In this document: piece after piece, positions 25,598-35,568 of the stretch
How the letters are laid out: every line of letters begins with the position of its first letter
How positions within the stretch are numbered: the stretch's first letter is position 1
Notes under the pieces: model-generated
What the model was told of the DNA's origin: nothing
The model's database searches: none
What the model saw: the letters and a program-made list of their open reading frames with translations, nothing else
Program-made: the position numbers and the translations under genes
From: Candidatus Lutacidiplasmatales archaeon
GTDB taxonomy: Archaea; Thermoplasmatota; Thermoplasmata; Lutacidiplasmatales; UBA184
NCBI GenBank assembly: GCA_044451945.1
Contig: JBIOKR010000001.1
Coordinates: forward strand, 7,672-71,671
DNA length: 64,000 nucleotides
Direction of reading: 5' to 3'

Positions 25598-27910
25598 GTG
25601 CGAGCGTGCGCCGACGGCTGCCGACGTCTCGGGCCGAGCCGGCTGCTCGCCATCGTCGGGCTCCTCATCGTCCTAACGCTCCCCCCCGTGGCCGCGGCCC
25701 ACTCCACGGCCTCCAACGCTGCTCCGCTCCCGTGGGTGCTGACTTCCCCGATCCGCCATGGTCTGGGAGCGGAGCCCCGGGCAACTCCGAACGGCGCAGC
25801 GTCGCCGCTCCGTCACCCGGGACCGGCCCCGTTGGCCCGCTCGGCCTCCTACTCCGGCCACTACTACTCGGGGTCGGCGTTCACCGGGACGCCCCGGAGC
25901 GCGAGCGAGGTGAGCGCGGAGATCAGTGTGCCGCGGGATTCCCCCTACAAGAACGACTTCTACTACGTCCTCGTCTCCTTGTGGGACAATGCCGGCTCCT
26001 ACGACCAGATCGGCTTCGCCGGGGAGGGCGGGATCTGGGGCCTGGTCTACTCGACGACTAGTCATTGCGCCGGGAGCTACTACAACAACAACGATGCGTG
26101 GAACCTGACCGCCGGAACCACGTACCGGTTCACGATGGCCGCGGCGAACGGAACGATCACCTTCCACGCGAGTATCCCGGGCTCCGGCAACTTCTGGAAC
26201 TACTCGAACTATACGGGCGCGACGGCGCTCGTGGTCGCCGACACGTACACCTGCGGCTCCACCGGTTTGGATTACACCGATTACGAAGAGGTCTACGGAA
26301 CCCAGGGGACCGTGCCGCCCTGGCCGTTCGTCTTCCAGCAGAACGAGGTCGACCAGAGCCTGGCGAGCTCGTGGACCGGGTTCAACTACTCTCTTCCGGC
26401 GACGATCCATGTCGCCGTCTCCGGGGCGAACACGACGATCGAGAACGTCCCTTTCGCCCTCGCCGTGCCGGCCACGCTTCCGGCCGATCTCGGCGCCAAG
26501 GTGACCAATTTCTCCGTCCCCATCGGCGTGGAGCACTTCTGGAACAACACGCAGATCGGCCTCACGGTCGCTGGCTCGGTGACGGGGGCGCTGCTCTCCG
26601 TCTCCCCTTCGTCCGGCAAAGCGCCGTTCGGGGCGAACCTGACGGTTCACCTCACGAGCTTCGCCACCTCGGGCAGCGCCCTCCTCGAGGTGTACGCCAC
26701 GGACCCGTCCGGGGTCTTCGCTCGCCTGCAGATCACGGTCGTCGTGAGCTCCCTGCCCTCGGTGGGAGCGCCGCAGGCGTCCCCGGCCCATGTCGACGTC
26801 GGCCAGAACACCACGCTGACGGTCAATCCCACTGGAGGTTCGCCCCCCTACCGCGTCGAGTGGGTCGGCGTTCCGACCGGTTGCCCTGGAACGGCGATGA
26901 CGATCGTCTGCCAATCGGCCACGGCCGGGAGCTACTCGATCTCGGCCCAGGTCACGGACTTGGCCGGAGTCACCGTCAACTCATCGACGATCTCGTTGGT
27001 CGTCTCCCCCGCGCTCGTCGCGAAGCTGTCTCCCCGACCTTCGAGCATCGACCTCGGACAATCCGTGCGCTTCTCGGTGGCGACCTCCGGAGGCTCCGGC
27101 GGTCTCCATTTCAACTGGTCGCTGCCTAAGACGGTGTGCGCCGGCGGCGCTTCGGTCTACGTCTGCACCCCGTCGGTCACGGGGGCGTTCAGCGCTCGCG
27201 TCACCGTCACCGACTCGAACGGCGGGAGCGCCTCGACGCCGTTGTCCACCGTATCCGTCTTCTCGGACCCTTCCGTCAATGTGACGGCCGATCGGCCCTC
27301 GATCGACGTCGGCCAGAGCGGGAGCTTCCGGGCGACCCTCGTCGGCGGAGCAGGAAACGACCAGGTGACCTGGTCCGGAGTCCCGCCCGACTGCACGCCC
27401 CGCAATCTGACGGCGTTCTCTTGCCCCTCCCAGCAGCTCGGGGCGTTCGCAGTGAGTGTGAGCGTCCTCGATGCGGACGGGTTCTCTGTGAACTCCTCGG
27501 CGCTGCCGTTCGTCGTCTACGCCGACCCGAGGGTCTCGCTCGAGGCAAGCTCCGCTTCGGTCTCCGCGGGCGCGCTGGTGCGCTGGAGCGCGACCGTGAG
27601 CGGCGGCTCCGGGGGCGAGACGTTCCTGTGGTCCGGTCTTCCCCCCGGATGCGCGAACGAGAACCGGTCGATCCTGAGCTGCACGGTCTCCGGAACCGGT
27701 CACTTCAACGTCCGCCTCAACCTCTCCGACTCGAACGGGCTCACATCGACCGCCGGGGCGACGCTCAACGTCACGATCCCCACCCCCACGGCCCTGACGA
27801 CCGGCACGCTCCTCCTAATCGCCGGGGGCGGCTCCGCGGTCGTCGTCGCCACGGCGGCGGTGCTCGTGCTGAGGCGCAAGCCACCCTTGGGACGTCGCTC
27901 GCGGCCGTAG
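25598..27910 (+). CDS. Large secreted, C-terminally anchored PKD-repeat protein with N-terminal G1 (eqolisin)-like / concanavalin-like domain (tentative)
   Basis: Signal LLAIVGLLIVLTLPPVAAAHS after GTG 25598 (the track ORF opens at 25466). The 25847-26366 region shows a G1-like pattern (SAEISVP...VSLWDNAGSYDQIGF...DYEEVYG). At least 5 PKD-like repeats, then a C-terminal TM helix plus RRKPPLGRRSRP. Confidence 0.75.
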   Translation: MRACADGCRRLGPSRLLAIVGLLIVLTLPPVAAAHSTASNAAPLPWVLTSPIRHGLGAEPRATPNGAASPLRHPGPAPLARSASYSGHYYSGSAFTGTPRSASEVSAEISVPRDSPYKNDFYYVLVSLWDNAGSYDQIGFAGEGGIWGLVYSTTSHCAGSYYNNNDAWNLTAGTTYRFTMAAANGTITFHASIPGSGNFWNYSNYTGATALVVADTYTCGSTGLDYTDYEEVYGTQGTVPPWPFVFQQNEVDQSLASSWTGFNYSLPATIHVAVSGANTTIENVPFALAVPATLPADLGAKVTNFSVPIGVEHFWNNTQIGLTVAGSVTGALLSVSPSSGKAPFGANLTVHLTSFATSGSALLEVYATDPSGVFARLQITVVVSSLPSVGAPQASPAHVDVGQNTTLTVNPTGGSPPYRVEWVGVPTGCPGTAMTIVCQSATAGSYSISAQVTDLAGVTVNSSTISLVVSPALVAKLSPRPSSIDLGQSVRFSVATSGGSGGLHFNWSLPKTVCAGGASVYVCTPSVTGAFSARVTVTDSNGGSASTPLSTVSVFSDPSVNVTADRPSIDVGQSGSFRATLVGGAGNDQVTWSGVPPDCTPRNLTAFSCPSQQLGAFAVSVSVLDADGFSVNSSALPFVVYADPRVSLEASSASVSAGALVRWSATVSGGSGGETFLWSGLPPGCANENRSILSCTVSGTGHFNVRLNLSDSNGLTSTAGATLNVTIPTPTALTTGTLLLIAGGGSAVVVATAAVLVLRRKPPLGRRSRP

Positions 27911-28046
27911 GGAGCGGAGCGGGGCAGCCCGGCCCGCTCCGTTCGGGCCGGGGGCGGAACCGGCGCGCTCCCCAACGGGCGAGAGGGAACTTCCCAAGCA
28001 GCCCCGCTATCCCACCCGGAGTTCTGGCCGCCCGGTGGCTGCGAGC

Positions 28047-28931
28047 ATGTCCGGTCAGCGCGAGTCCACGGGGGCCGATCCCGTGTGTGTCGTCACCGGG
28101 GCGACCTCGGGCATCGGCTGGGAGACGGCCCGCGCACTCGGCCGCCGAGGCGGAATCGTCGTCGTGCTGGGCCGCCACCCGGCCCGCACGGCCGCGGCGG
28201 CGTTGGCGCTCTCCCACGAGTTCCCGTCGGCCAAGTTTCTTCCGGTCGCGGGGGACCTCAGCGACCAGGTCGAGCTACGCAGGGTCGCCGCAGAGGTCCG
28301 AGCCGTGGCCCCGGCGATCGACGTGCTGGTCAACAACGCCGGCGCGATCTTCTCCCGCTTCGAGACGACGACGGAGGGGATCGAGCGGACCTGGGCACTG
28401 AACGTGCTCGCACCGTTCCTCCTCACGACGCTTCTCCTGGAACCGTTGAGGGGAGCCGCGCCCTCGCGGGTCGTCATGGTCTCCTCCGCCGCCCACCGGG
28501 GCGTTCACCTCCGGCTCGATACGCACGACACCCCGCGGCGTTACTCCGGTTACGGCACCTACGGCCGTTCCAAGCTGGCGCTTCTCCTCTTGACCCGGGA
28601 GTTCGCCCGTCGCCTCGACCCGCAGGAGGTCTGCGTCAACGCCGCCCATCCGGGGTTCGTGGCGACGCGCTTCGGCACGAACAACCCCGGATTCTACGGG
28701 CTGGGCTTTGGAGTCCTCTCGAGGGTCTTCGGCGTCTCGGCGAGCGCCGGGGCCCGGACCCCGGTCTATCTCGCGTCGGCCCCCGAGCTCATCGGGGTGA
28801 GCGGCGGCTACTTCGTCCGCCAGCGCCCGAGCCCGGGCTCGCAGGCATCGCGGGAGCTCGACACCGCCGCCCACCTGTGGACGCGGTGTCTCGAGCAGAC
28901 GGGCGAACGCACGCCGCTTGCCCGTCGGTAA
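28047..28931 (+). CDS. SDR-family oxidoreductase
   Basis: VVTGATSGIGWETARAL (TGxxxGxG), NNAG, catalytic YGRSK. Confidence 0.9.
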   Translation: MSGQRESTGADPVCVVTGATSGIGWETARALGRRGGIVVVLGRHPARTAAAALALSHEFPSAKFLPVAGDLSDQVELRRVAAEVRAVAPAIDVLVNNAGAIFSRFETTTEGIERTWALNVLAPFLLTTLLLEPLRGAAPSRVVMVSSAAHRGVHLRLDTHDTPRRYSGYGTYGRSKLALLLLTREFARRLDPQEVCVNAAHPGFVATRFGTNNPGFYGLGFGVLSRVFGVSASAGARTPVYLASAPELIGVSGGYFVRQRPSPGSQASRELDTAAHLWTRCLEQTGERTPLARR

Positions 28932-28960
28932 CCCGTCGGGCCGGCCGAGCCGGCGCCCCG

Positions 28961-29884
28961 TCAGATCTCGTTGATGACCTTCTGGCTGCGGATGAACGTC
29001 CCGCGCTCGAGGTCCCGCCGGGCTTCCAGGATCTCCTCGCGGGTGTTCATCACGATGGGGCCGTACCAGGCGACCGGCTCCCGCAAGGGGCGACCGGTGA
29101 CGAACAGGAATCGAAGCCCTTCATCGCCGGCGCGCGCCTCGACCGCGTCGCCGTCGTCGAACAACGACGTCTCCCCGGCCCGCGTGGCACCGGAGCTCTC
29201 CGGAGTCTCCCCCGGCCGAAGCGTTGTTGGAGGGTCTTTCGATCGAGGCGGCCCGAACGCACCCGAACCCGAGATCGCCTGGGCGAACGCCGTGTGGCCC
29301 CGGCGCGTCGGGAGACGGATAGCGATACCGGCGGGAAGTTGGACATCCAGATATGTCGGGTCGACGGGGATCCCCCGGACCGGACCCTCGACGCCGTTGA
29401 ACTCCCCTGCGACGACCTTCACAACGCTCTCGTCTTCCCGGCGGACGACCGGAATGTCATCGGCGCGAAGGCCGCGGTAGGACGGGACCTCCATCTTGAG
29501 ACGCCGCGGAAGGTTCACCCAGAGCTGGAAGCCGGACATCGTTCCCTCGATGCGTTTCGGCATCTCCTGGTGGAGGATCCCGCTCCCCGCGCTCATCCAT
29601 TGGACCTCGCCGCCGCCGATCACTCCGGAGTTGCCCAACGAGTCCTCGTGCTCGACGTTGCCGTTCAGCATGTAGGTGACCGTCTCGATCCCCCGGTGCG
29701 GATGCCAGGGGAATCCGGCCAGGTAGTCGACCGGGTTCGAGCTGCCGAAGTTGTCGAGCAGGAGGAACGGGTCGAGCAGCGGGACCTCGCCGTTGCCGAA
29801 CATCCGCCGCAGCCGGACTCCCGCCCCCTCGAGGGTCTCCGAACCGCCGAACTTCTGGACGACCTTGCGATCTGATGCGCTCAT
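28961..29884 (-). CDS. Pirin-family protein
   Basis: FPWHPHRGIETVTYMLNGNVEHEDSLGN ... VQWMSAGSGILHQEMP is the bicupin pirin signature. Confidence 0.9.
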   Translation of the reverse strand: MSASDRKVVQKFGGSETLEGAGVRLRRMFGNGEVPLLDPFLLLDNFGSSNPVDYLAGFPWHPHRGIETVTYMLNGNVEHEDSLGNSGVIGGGEVQWMSAGSGILHQEMPKRIEGTMSGFQLWVNLPRRLKMEVPSYRGLRADDIPVVRREDESVVKVVAGEFNGVEGPVRGIPVDPTYLDVQLPAGIAIRLPTRRGHTAFAQAISGSGAFGPPRSKDPPTTLRPGETPESSGATRAGETSLFDDGDAVEARAGDEGLRFLFVTGRPLREPVAWYGPIVMNTREEILEARRDLERGTFIRSQKVINEI

Positions 29885-29988
29885 CGATGCCTCGCCCCGG
29901 GAGTTCTACTCCTTGGGGGGATATGAGGCGGCCCGTACCTCCGGGTAAGCGGTTCTCGCCAGGGCCGGGCGGGGTCGATGGCCCGGCC

Positions 29989-30918
29989 CTACGAGAGCAT
30001 CGGCGGGGACGACTCGGCGGGCGGGTCGACGGGTATCGCCCCCCGCTCCGGCGCCGTGTGCCGAAGCGTCGGGAGCTTGGCGAGGGCGAGGTACGTCAGG
30101 CCCGCGAACACCGCGAACAGCACGACCATCACGACGTACCCCATGTTCGAGCTGACCCACTTGAGCTTCACGAGGACCTGGCTGAGTCCGTAGGAGACGA
30201 TCACGCCGTCCACACCCATCACGAACCGGGTGAAGAAATCCCGGGAGAACGACCGCAGGAGGAGCGTGCCGAGCGGCACGCCGACGATGACCGGGATGAA
30301 CAGGTACGGCAAGAGGCCGAGGGACGGGAGGGTGACCAGATTCGCCGAGAAGAACTGCGTGAAGAACAGGTAGGTGGCGAGCGTGAGCGACGACTCGGCG
30401 ACCCGGACCTGGGCGATCGTCGCCCGGAACTCGTCCTTCGAGAGACCCTGGTTGCGGAAGTACAGGGCGAGGGGTGGCCCCGAGATCGTCGTGAGGGCGT
30501 AGAGGAAACCGATACCGGGGCCGATCGCCCGCCCGCCGCGCTTCTCATTGCGAATCGGCCAAGCGACCCCCAGCAGCTGCAGGGTGACGAGAGGGGCCAA
30601 CAGGACGTAGAGGGCGAACTTCACGTCGTTGACGGCGAGGTAGGTGAGACCGACCGTCCCGAGCACGACCCCGGGAAAGAGCGTGGAGATCACGGGGCTC
30701 GCTCGGTGGAAGGTGCCGGGGACGAACTTGCGCTCCCGGAAAAGGAGCGTGACGTTCACGACCAGCTCGACCAGGACGAGCGCCGGGTTGAGCACCTTGT
30801 TCGAGTACCAAAGGACCGCGATCGGCGTGACGATCGAGGAGAATCCGTACCCGACGGCCCCGTTGATGATCGCCGCCCCGAGGGCGAGTATCGCGAGCCA
30901 GATCGCCGAAGCGTCCAA
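29989..30918 (-). CDS. TauE/SafE-family (DUF81) anion exporter membrane protein
   Basis: LGAAIINGAVGYGFSSIVTPIAVLW and about 8 TM helices are typical of TauE. Confidence 0.8.
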   Translation of the reverse strand: MDASAIWLAILALGAAIINGAVGYGFSSIVTPIAVLWYSNKVLNPALVLVELVVNVTLLFRERKFVPGTFHRASPVISTLFPGVVLGTVGLTYLAVNDVKFALYVLLAPLVTLQLLGVAWPIRNEKRGGRAIGPGIGFLYALTTISGPPLALYFRNQGLSKDEFRATIAQVRVAESSLTLATYLFFTQFFSANLVTLPSLGLLPYLFIPVIVGVPLGTLLLRSFSRDFFTRFVMGVDGVIVSYGLSQVLVKLKWVSSNMGYVVMVVLFAVFAGLTYLALAKLPTLRHTAPERGAIPVDPPAESSPPMLS

Positions 30919-31119
30919 TGCGTCTCCTACTCTCCTCCGAGCCGGCGACCTATTTGAGCGCTCGCGGAGTGTCTCAAGGGAAAAGTCGACGAAATGAGCT
31001 AATCAGCGCACGGATTGCACGATAATATGCGAGTTTCAGTGTTTTAGGCCATCCGCACATGCAGTTGGGGGAAGGGCGATTTTCCCCCCAAGGCCCCCCG
31101 AAGTCGCCCACCCGGGGCG

Positions 31120-32253
31120 ATGCCGTCGGCGCTCGACGACCGAATCCGATATCCCTCCCTGGCCCGCGAGCCCTGCGTCGGGGGCATGAGCATGCCGCGC
31201 GGGAGTGTACTCGAGATCGACCGGGCCTTGCTGGCCGGTTTCACCTTCTCCTGCCGGCCCGACTGCGGCCTCTGCTGCTTTGCGACGCCCGCGGTGACGC
31301 CCCGGGAGAAGGCTCAACTCATCCAGCTCGACCCGGCAACGCCGTTCGAGCCGGCGGGTCAGGACTACTCGCTCGTCAGAAGTCGACCGGAGGGAGGGGC
31401 GTGCCACTTCCTCTCCGACCTCAAGTGCCGTGCGTACGCCGGCCGTCCGTTCCCCTGCCGGACGTTCCCGGTCAGCGTCCATCTCGCGAGCCGCGCGCAG
31501 GCTACGGTCGTCCTCGGCTGCCCGGGCCTCCCCCTCGACCCTCTCCGATCGCCTCCCGGTCACCGGAGCGCTCGGGGGCCAAAGGGGTTGGACGAAGAGC
31601 TCAGCCTGTTGGAAGCCGCGCTCGCCGAAGACCCGGGGAGGGGCTGGAGGAAGCAGTGGGTCCGAAATCTGAAGGCGATGGGACTCTCCGAAATCGAGGC
31701 CGCCGATGCGCAGGACCCTGCACCGCTTCAGGCGCGCCTCGCCCAGGATCCGCCGATGCCCACCGACGCCGACATGCGACGGGTGGACCTCCCGTCCGTC
31801 GAGGAGGGAGTAGAGGGGTTCCCCCTCTTTTGGGAAGAGGGGACCGGGGTGGTGGCGATCGGCCGCCGAGGAGAAGACTGGGAGGCGGTCTCACTCAAGG
31901 AATCGGGCGGGGTCCGGGCCGAGCTCGGTCGGTTCCTTGCGCCGGATCACCTGCCTCGGCTCGAAGCGGGAGCGCAAGCCCTCCTCAAGGGATATCTTTC
32001 GTATGTCGCACGTCGGGACCACACCTTAGGTCACGTCCTCTTCGTGATCGCCGAATCCGGGACCGGGGAGCTCGGGGAGACGCTGCAGGCCGACGTGAAA
32101 GCGGCGGGCGCCACCGTGGTCGCCCGCGCCTCCCTGCGAGCCCTCTTGTCCGGTCGGTCCCCGGAGCCGCTTACCGAGCGCGACATCGACCAGGGGATCC
32201 GAGCGACCGACATGGAATGGTTGGACCGGCCGACGCTCGGCCGACTCCTGTAG
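31120..32253 (+). CDS. YkgJ/UPF0153-type cysteine-cluster (CxxCxxCC) protein with long C-terminal extension
   Basis: SCRPDCGLCCF ... GACHFLSDLKCRAYAGRPFPCRTFP. Confidence 0.75.
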   Translation: MPSALDDRIRYPSLAREPCVGGMSMPRGSVLEIDRALLAGFTFSCRPDCGLCCFATPAVTPREKAQLIQLDPATPFEPAGQDYSLVRSRPEGGACHFLSDLKCRAYAGRPFPCRTFPVSVHLASRAQATVVLGCPGLPLDPLRSPPGHRSARGPKGLDEELSLLEAALAEDPGRGWRKQWVRNLKAMGLSEIEAADAQDPAPLQARLAQDPPMPTDADMRRVDLPSVEEGVEGFPLFWEEGTGVVAIGRRGEDWEAVSLKESGGVRAELGRFLAPDHLPRLEAGAQALLKGYLSYVARRDHTLGHVLFVIAESGTGELGETLQADVKAAGATVVARASLRALLSGRSPEPLTERDIDQGIRATDMEWLDRPTLGRLL

Positions 32254-32392
32254 CGGCTTCGTAGAGATTCCCCCGACACCGCCAGCCCGAGGCTGCCGGT
32301 CCGGTCGCTCGTCGAGCGACCGGTGGAGGCGGCCGAGAAGACCGGGAGGGAGGGCTCGACACCCCGCGCCACGGACGGCGCTTTCCTACGGT

Positions 32393-33556
32393 TTACGGTA
32401 GCTTGAACCCAAGTCGCTCCGAGAGCTCGTGCACCAGGCGGTCGGTGCGATCGGCCGACCATGGCGAGTGCCCGGCGGGTCGTGGCGGCCGAAAGTCCGT
32501 GGGGGCCGGTGCGTCGAATGCGGCTTCGTACTCCGTGCGCCATCGGGCGGGCGTCGGTGAGCTGTCCGGTACTTCTTGCGGCGGCTCGAGCAGCTCGCGA
32601 ACCGAGCGAGCGAGCACGCGCGCCACGTTGCTCGAAGTGTACCCCCCACCCCCGGTCATGAGGAGCCGCCCTTCGCACAGCTCGTCAGCGAGCATCCGGA
32701 GGGTCCGGACCGCCGTCGTGTAGGAACGGGGGGTGTACTCGAGCTGGGCCAACTTGTCGTCCGCATGGGCGTCCGTGCCGTGCTGAAGTATGATGAGCCC
32801 CGGGCGAAACGATCGCACGAGGGGCGGGACGATCCGCTCGAACAGGGGAACGAACGCCTCGTCCCCGCTCCATGGGGGAAGCGGCACGTTGACCTTGAGC
32901 CCGCTGCCGTCGGCCCGTCCGGTCTCGCCGACCTCGCCGGTCCCGGGAAACAGCGTCCGTCCGTCCTGATGGAAATCGATGTCGAGAAGCCGGCCGCTCC
33001 CGTAGAAGCCGTACATCACACCGTCCCCGTGGTGCGCGTCGATGTCGACGTACGCCACCTTGGAGAACTTCCCCCGGGGCCTCAGCGCGCCCGCGACGGC
33101 GAGCGCCACGTCGTTGAAGATGCAGAAGCCGCTCGCTCGCTGCGGCTGCGCGTGATGGAGTCCGCCGGAGAGGTTCACCGCGCGCTTTGCCCCGCCCTCG
33201 GAGATCTCGGAGAGGGCGCGAAGCGTGCCCCCGGCGACCCGGGCCGACGCTTCGTAGCAACCCGGGAACGACGGGGTGTCGCCCCGGTCGAGGAGCTCCC
33301 CGCTCCCGGAATCGCTGAGCCGTTCCACGAGGTCGAGGTACCCCGGTCGATGGAACGAGAGAAGCACCTCCCTCGGCGCCGGGTCGACCTTGCGGACCCG
33401 GACGACAGCGCTTCCCGCGCCCCCGGCGAGCGAGCCGCTCTCCTCGAGGAGGCGGTGCGCGAGCCATCGGCTCGTCTGGGTGAACGGATGTCCGGGACCG
33501 AAATCGTACTCTCGGAACCGGTCGTCCCAGACTTCAAGAAGTGTCGCCCGAGCCAA
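32393..33556 (-). CDS. Histone deacetylase-family / AcuC-like deacetylase
   Basis: GGLHHAQPQRASGFCIFNDVALAV, YVDIDAHHGDGV, GGGGYT. TTG start. Confidence 0.9.
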   Translation of the reverse strand: MARATLLEVWDDRFREYDFGPGHPFTQTSRWLAHRLLEESGSLAGGAGSAVVRVRKVDPAPREVLLSFHRPGYLDLVERLSDSGSGELLDRGDTPSFPGCYEASARVAGGTLRALSEISEGGAKRAVNLSGGLHHAQPQRASGFCIFNDVALAVAGALRPRGKFSKVAYVDIDAHHGDGVMYGFYGSGRLLDIDFHQDGRTLFPGTGEVGETGRADGSGLKVNVPLPPWSGDEAFVPLFERIVPPLVRSFRPGLIILQHGTDAHADDKLAQLEYTPRSYTTAVRTLRMLADELCEGRLLMTGGGGYTSSNVARVLARSVRELLEPPQEVPDSSPTPARWRTEYEAAFDAPAPTDFRPPRPAGHSPWSADRTDRLVHELSERLGFKLP

Positions 33557-33647
33557 CTACTCCTCCTCGCGACGCGGGCGCCGGCGGCCCCGTTCCGCCC
33601 CGGTGGTTAAATAGGCGGCGTTTCTCCGAACGCCTGAGGGTCCGGCA

Positions 33648-33875
33648 ATGGGCATCGAGGACGAGGTCTCCCCCAACGCAGTCAAGGTCTACAAGGCCAT
33701 GAAGGATATGGGGTTCACGACCGAGGAGAAGCTCGGCGCCGCGGAGCGGATCACCATGACGACCCGCCTCCCGAAGACGATGGTGATGAACGCCCTTCAG
33801 GAACTTCAGACGAAGGGTTACGCCCGCCGCAAGGCCCGCGACAAGGTCGCCGGCTACCACATCGTCGTGAAGTAG
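33648..33875 (+). CDS. Small winged-helix DNA-binding protein
   Basis: 75 aa. TTRLPKTMVMNALQELQTKGYARRK..GYHIV looks like a wHTH recognition helix plus wing. Confidence 0.6.
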   Translation: MGIEDEVSPNAVKVYKAMKDMGFTTEEKLGAAERITMTTRLPKTMVMNALQELQTKGYARRKARDKVAGYHIVVK

Positions 33876-33886
33876 CGCCGGGTGCG

Positions 33887-34882
33887 CTACGGCGCCGCTG
33901 GGCGCTTCCAGATCCGCTCCACGAGGCGGCTGGTCGACCGGAGGGTTACCTCGGTCACGGCGCTGACCCTCGCCACCTGGGCGCGCGAGCGCCGCTCGCC
34001 GTTGCGCTCGGCGGCAAGGTAGACGAGCGCGGCGACCAGGCCGTGCGGGGAGAGCCCGGAGAGCTCCGGGTTCTGGTTCGCCTCGTCGAGCATCTCCTCG
34101 ACGGTCGACCGGACATGGGCGGAGAGGGCGAGCTCCTCCGCGTAGCGGGCGAGGAAGGCCCGCATCGTCACGGAGGGGATCGGCTGGTCGAGGCCGCGCT
34201 GGACGACCTTGAAGGCGCGGCCGACCTCGGAGCGCCGCGCGCCGAGCGCCTTCGATACCTCGTCGAGCGTGCGGGGGATCGAATAGCGTCGGCAGGCGGC
34301 GTAGACCGAGGAGCCGACGCTCGCCGGCAGGCTGCGGCCGCGGAACAGTCCCTTCGTCTTCGCCTCCCGGTAGATCCGCTCGGCCTCCTGGAGGACGAGC
34401 GGGGGAAGGCCGAGCACCGTGCCGAGCTGGAGGATCTCCCCGCGCGCCTGCGAGCGCTCGAGCGGTCCTTCCACGGCACGGGCGGTCTGGCGCTGCATGA
34501 CGCGCTTGAGGTGCTGGAACTGGTAGCGGCGGTCCCACTTCAAAAGCCGTCCCTGGCCGTCGCGCTTTCCGGAGAGGACAGAGCCGAGCGAGCGCTTGGA
34601 GCCTCCCGGCGAGACGAAAGGGCCGATCCCCCGGCCGCTCCCGTCGGAGCCTTCGGGAGAGCCGAGGCGGGGCGGGGCCGCGACGATGGCGGTGGCGCCG
34701 AAGACGAGGCCACACTCGGCGCAGTGGACCTCCTGGTGCGCCTCGTCCAGGACCCTTCGCGAGGCGCCGCACATCGGGCAGGCGCTGGTGGTGAGGTCGT
34801 CATCCGCTGCTTCCGATGGGACCGGGCGCTGCGGGGCTTCGGACACGTCGGTCGGAGCATGGAAACCCTGCGATTTATACAT
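33887..34882 (-). CDS. tfb: Transcription initiation factor IIB (TFB)
   Basis: N-terminal Zn ribbon CPMCG...HCAECGLVF followed by two cyclin-fold repeats (GRSLPASVGSSVYAACR..., SGLSPHGLVAALVYLAA). Confidence 0.93.
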   Translation of the reverse strand: MYKSQGFHAPTDVSEAPQRPVPSEAADDDLTTSACPMCGASRRVLDEAHQEVHCAECGLVFGATAIVAAPPRLGSPEGSDGSGRGIGPFVSPGGSKRSLGSVLSGKRDGQGRLLKWDRRYQFQHLKRVMQRQTARAVEGPLERSQARGEILQLGTVLGLPPLVLQEAERIYREAKTKGLFRGRSLPASVGSSVYAACRRYSIPRTLDEVSKALGARRSEVGRAFKVVQRGLDQPIPSVTMRAFLARYAEELALSAHVRSTVEEMLDEANQNPELSGLSPHGLVAALVYLAAERNGERRSRAQVARVSAVTEVTLRSTSRLVERIWKRPAAP

Positions 34883-34962
34883 CTCCTCGACTCCCTCGAA
34901 GCTGGAAGGCCCCCTCCCGCCCGGGGAAGCGTATTTCCGCCCTTCCGTACGTGCTTTAGGTC

Positions 34963-35568
34963 GTGCGGCCCGGACTGGTGGGTGTCGGTGTCGTTCTCGC
35001 CGTGCTCGGCGGCGGTGCCCTCAGCACGGTGTACCTGGCTCCCGCCCCGCGGCCGGTCAACGGGGAGGGGACGACGATCCCCTCGACCATCGTGCGACCC
35101 GGGTCGACCGGCTCGGCCCCCGTCGACGGACCGAACGGGAGCGGGGGCGACCTGCGTGTTCATTGGAGCTCGAGCGTCGGCATGGAGGTCTATCTCTATC
35201 CCAGCGCCGGATGCATCGCAACCGCCTACACATGTGGCTCGGAGACGGCGATGGTTCACTGGAGCAACTCGACGCACGGCGACTGGGCGGCCAGCGGCAC
35301 CTACACCTACCCGATCCTCCTCGTCTGGGTCGACCTCGGACCGGCCGCGGGAACCTTCGGGGCGAACGCCTACGCGACGGGCTCCTCGGGCGGCTCGTCG
35401 CTCACCGTGTCCGAACTCCTCGCGGACGCCGCCGCGTTGACGCTAATGGTCATCGGCGGGCTCGCTGTGTTCCTCGGGATCTTCCTTCGGGGCGGAGTGT
35501 TCCGGGGCAACCGTGAGCCCAAGGGCCCTACCGGCCGCGACGACCGGGGCCCCCCCCCGTTGGGTTGA
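34963..35568 (+). CDS. Hypothetical bitopic surface protein
   Basis: GTG start, N-terminal TM helix VGVGVVLAVLGGGAL and C-terminal TM helix AAALTLMVIGGLAVFLGIFL. Confidence 0.5.
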   Translation: MRPGLVGVGVVLAVLGGGALSTVYLAPAPRPVNGEGTTIPSTIVRPGSTGSAPVDGPNGSGGDLRVHWSSSVGMEVYLYPSAGCIATAYTCGSETAMVHWSNSTHGDWAASGTYTYPILLVWVDLGPAAGTFGANAYATGSSGGSSLTVSELLADAAALTLMVIGGLAVFLGIFLRGGVFRGNREPKGPTGRDDRGPPPLG

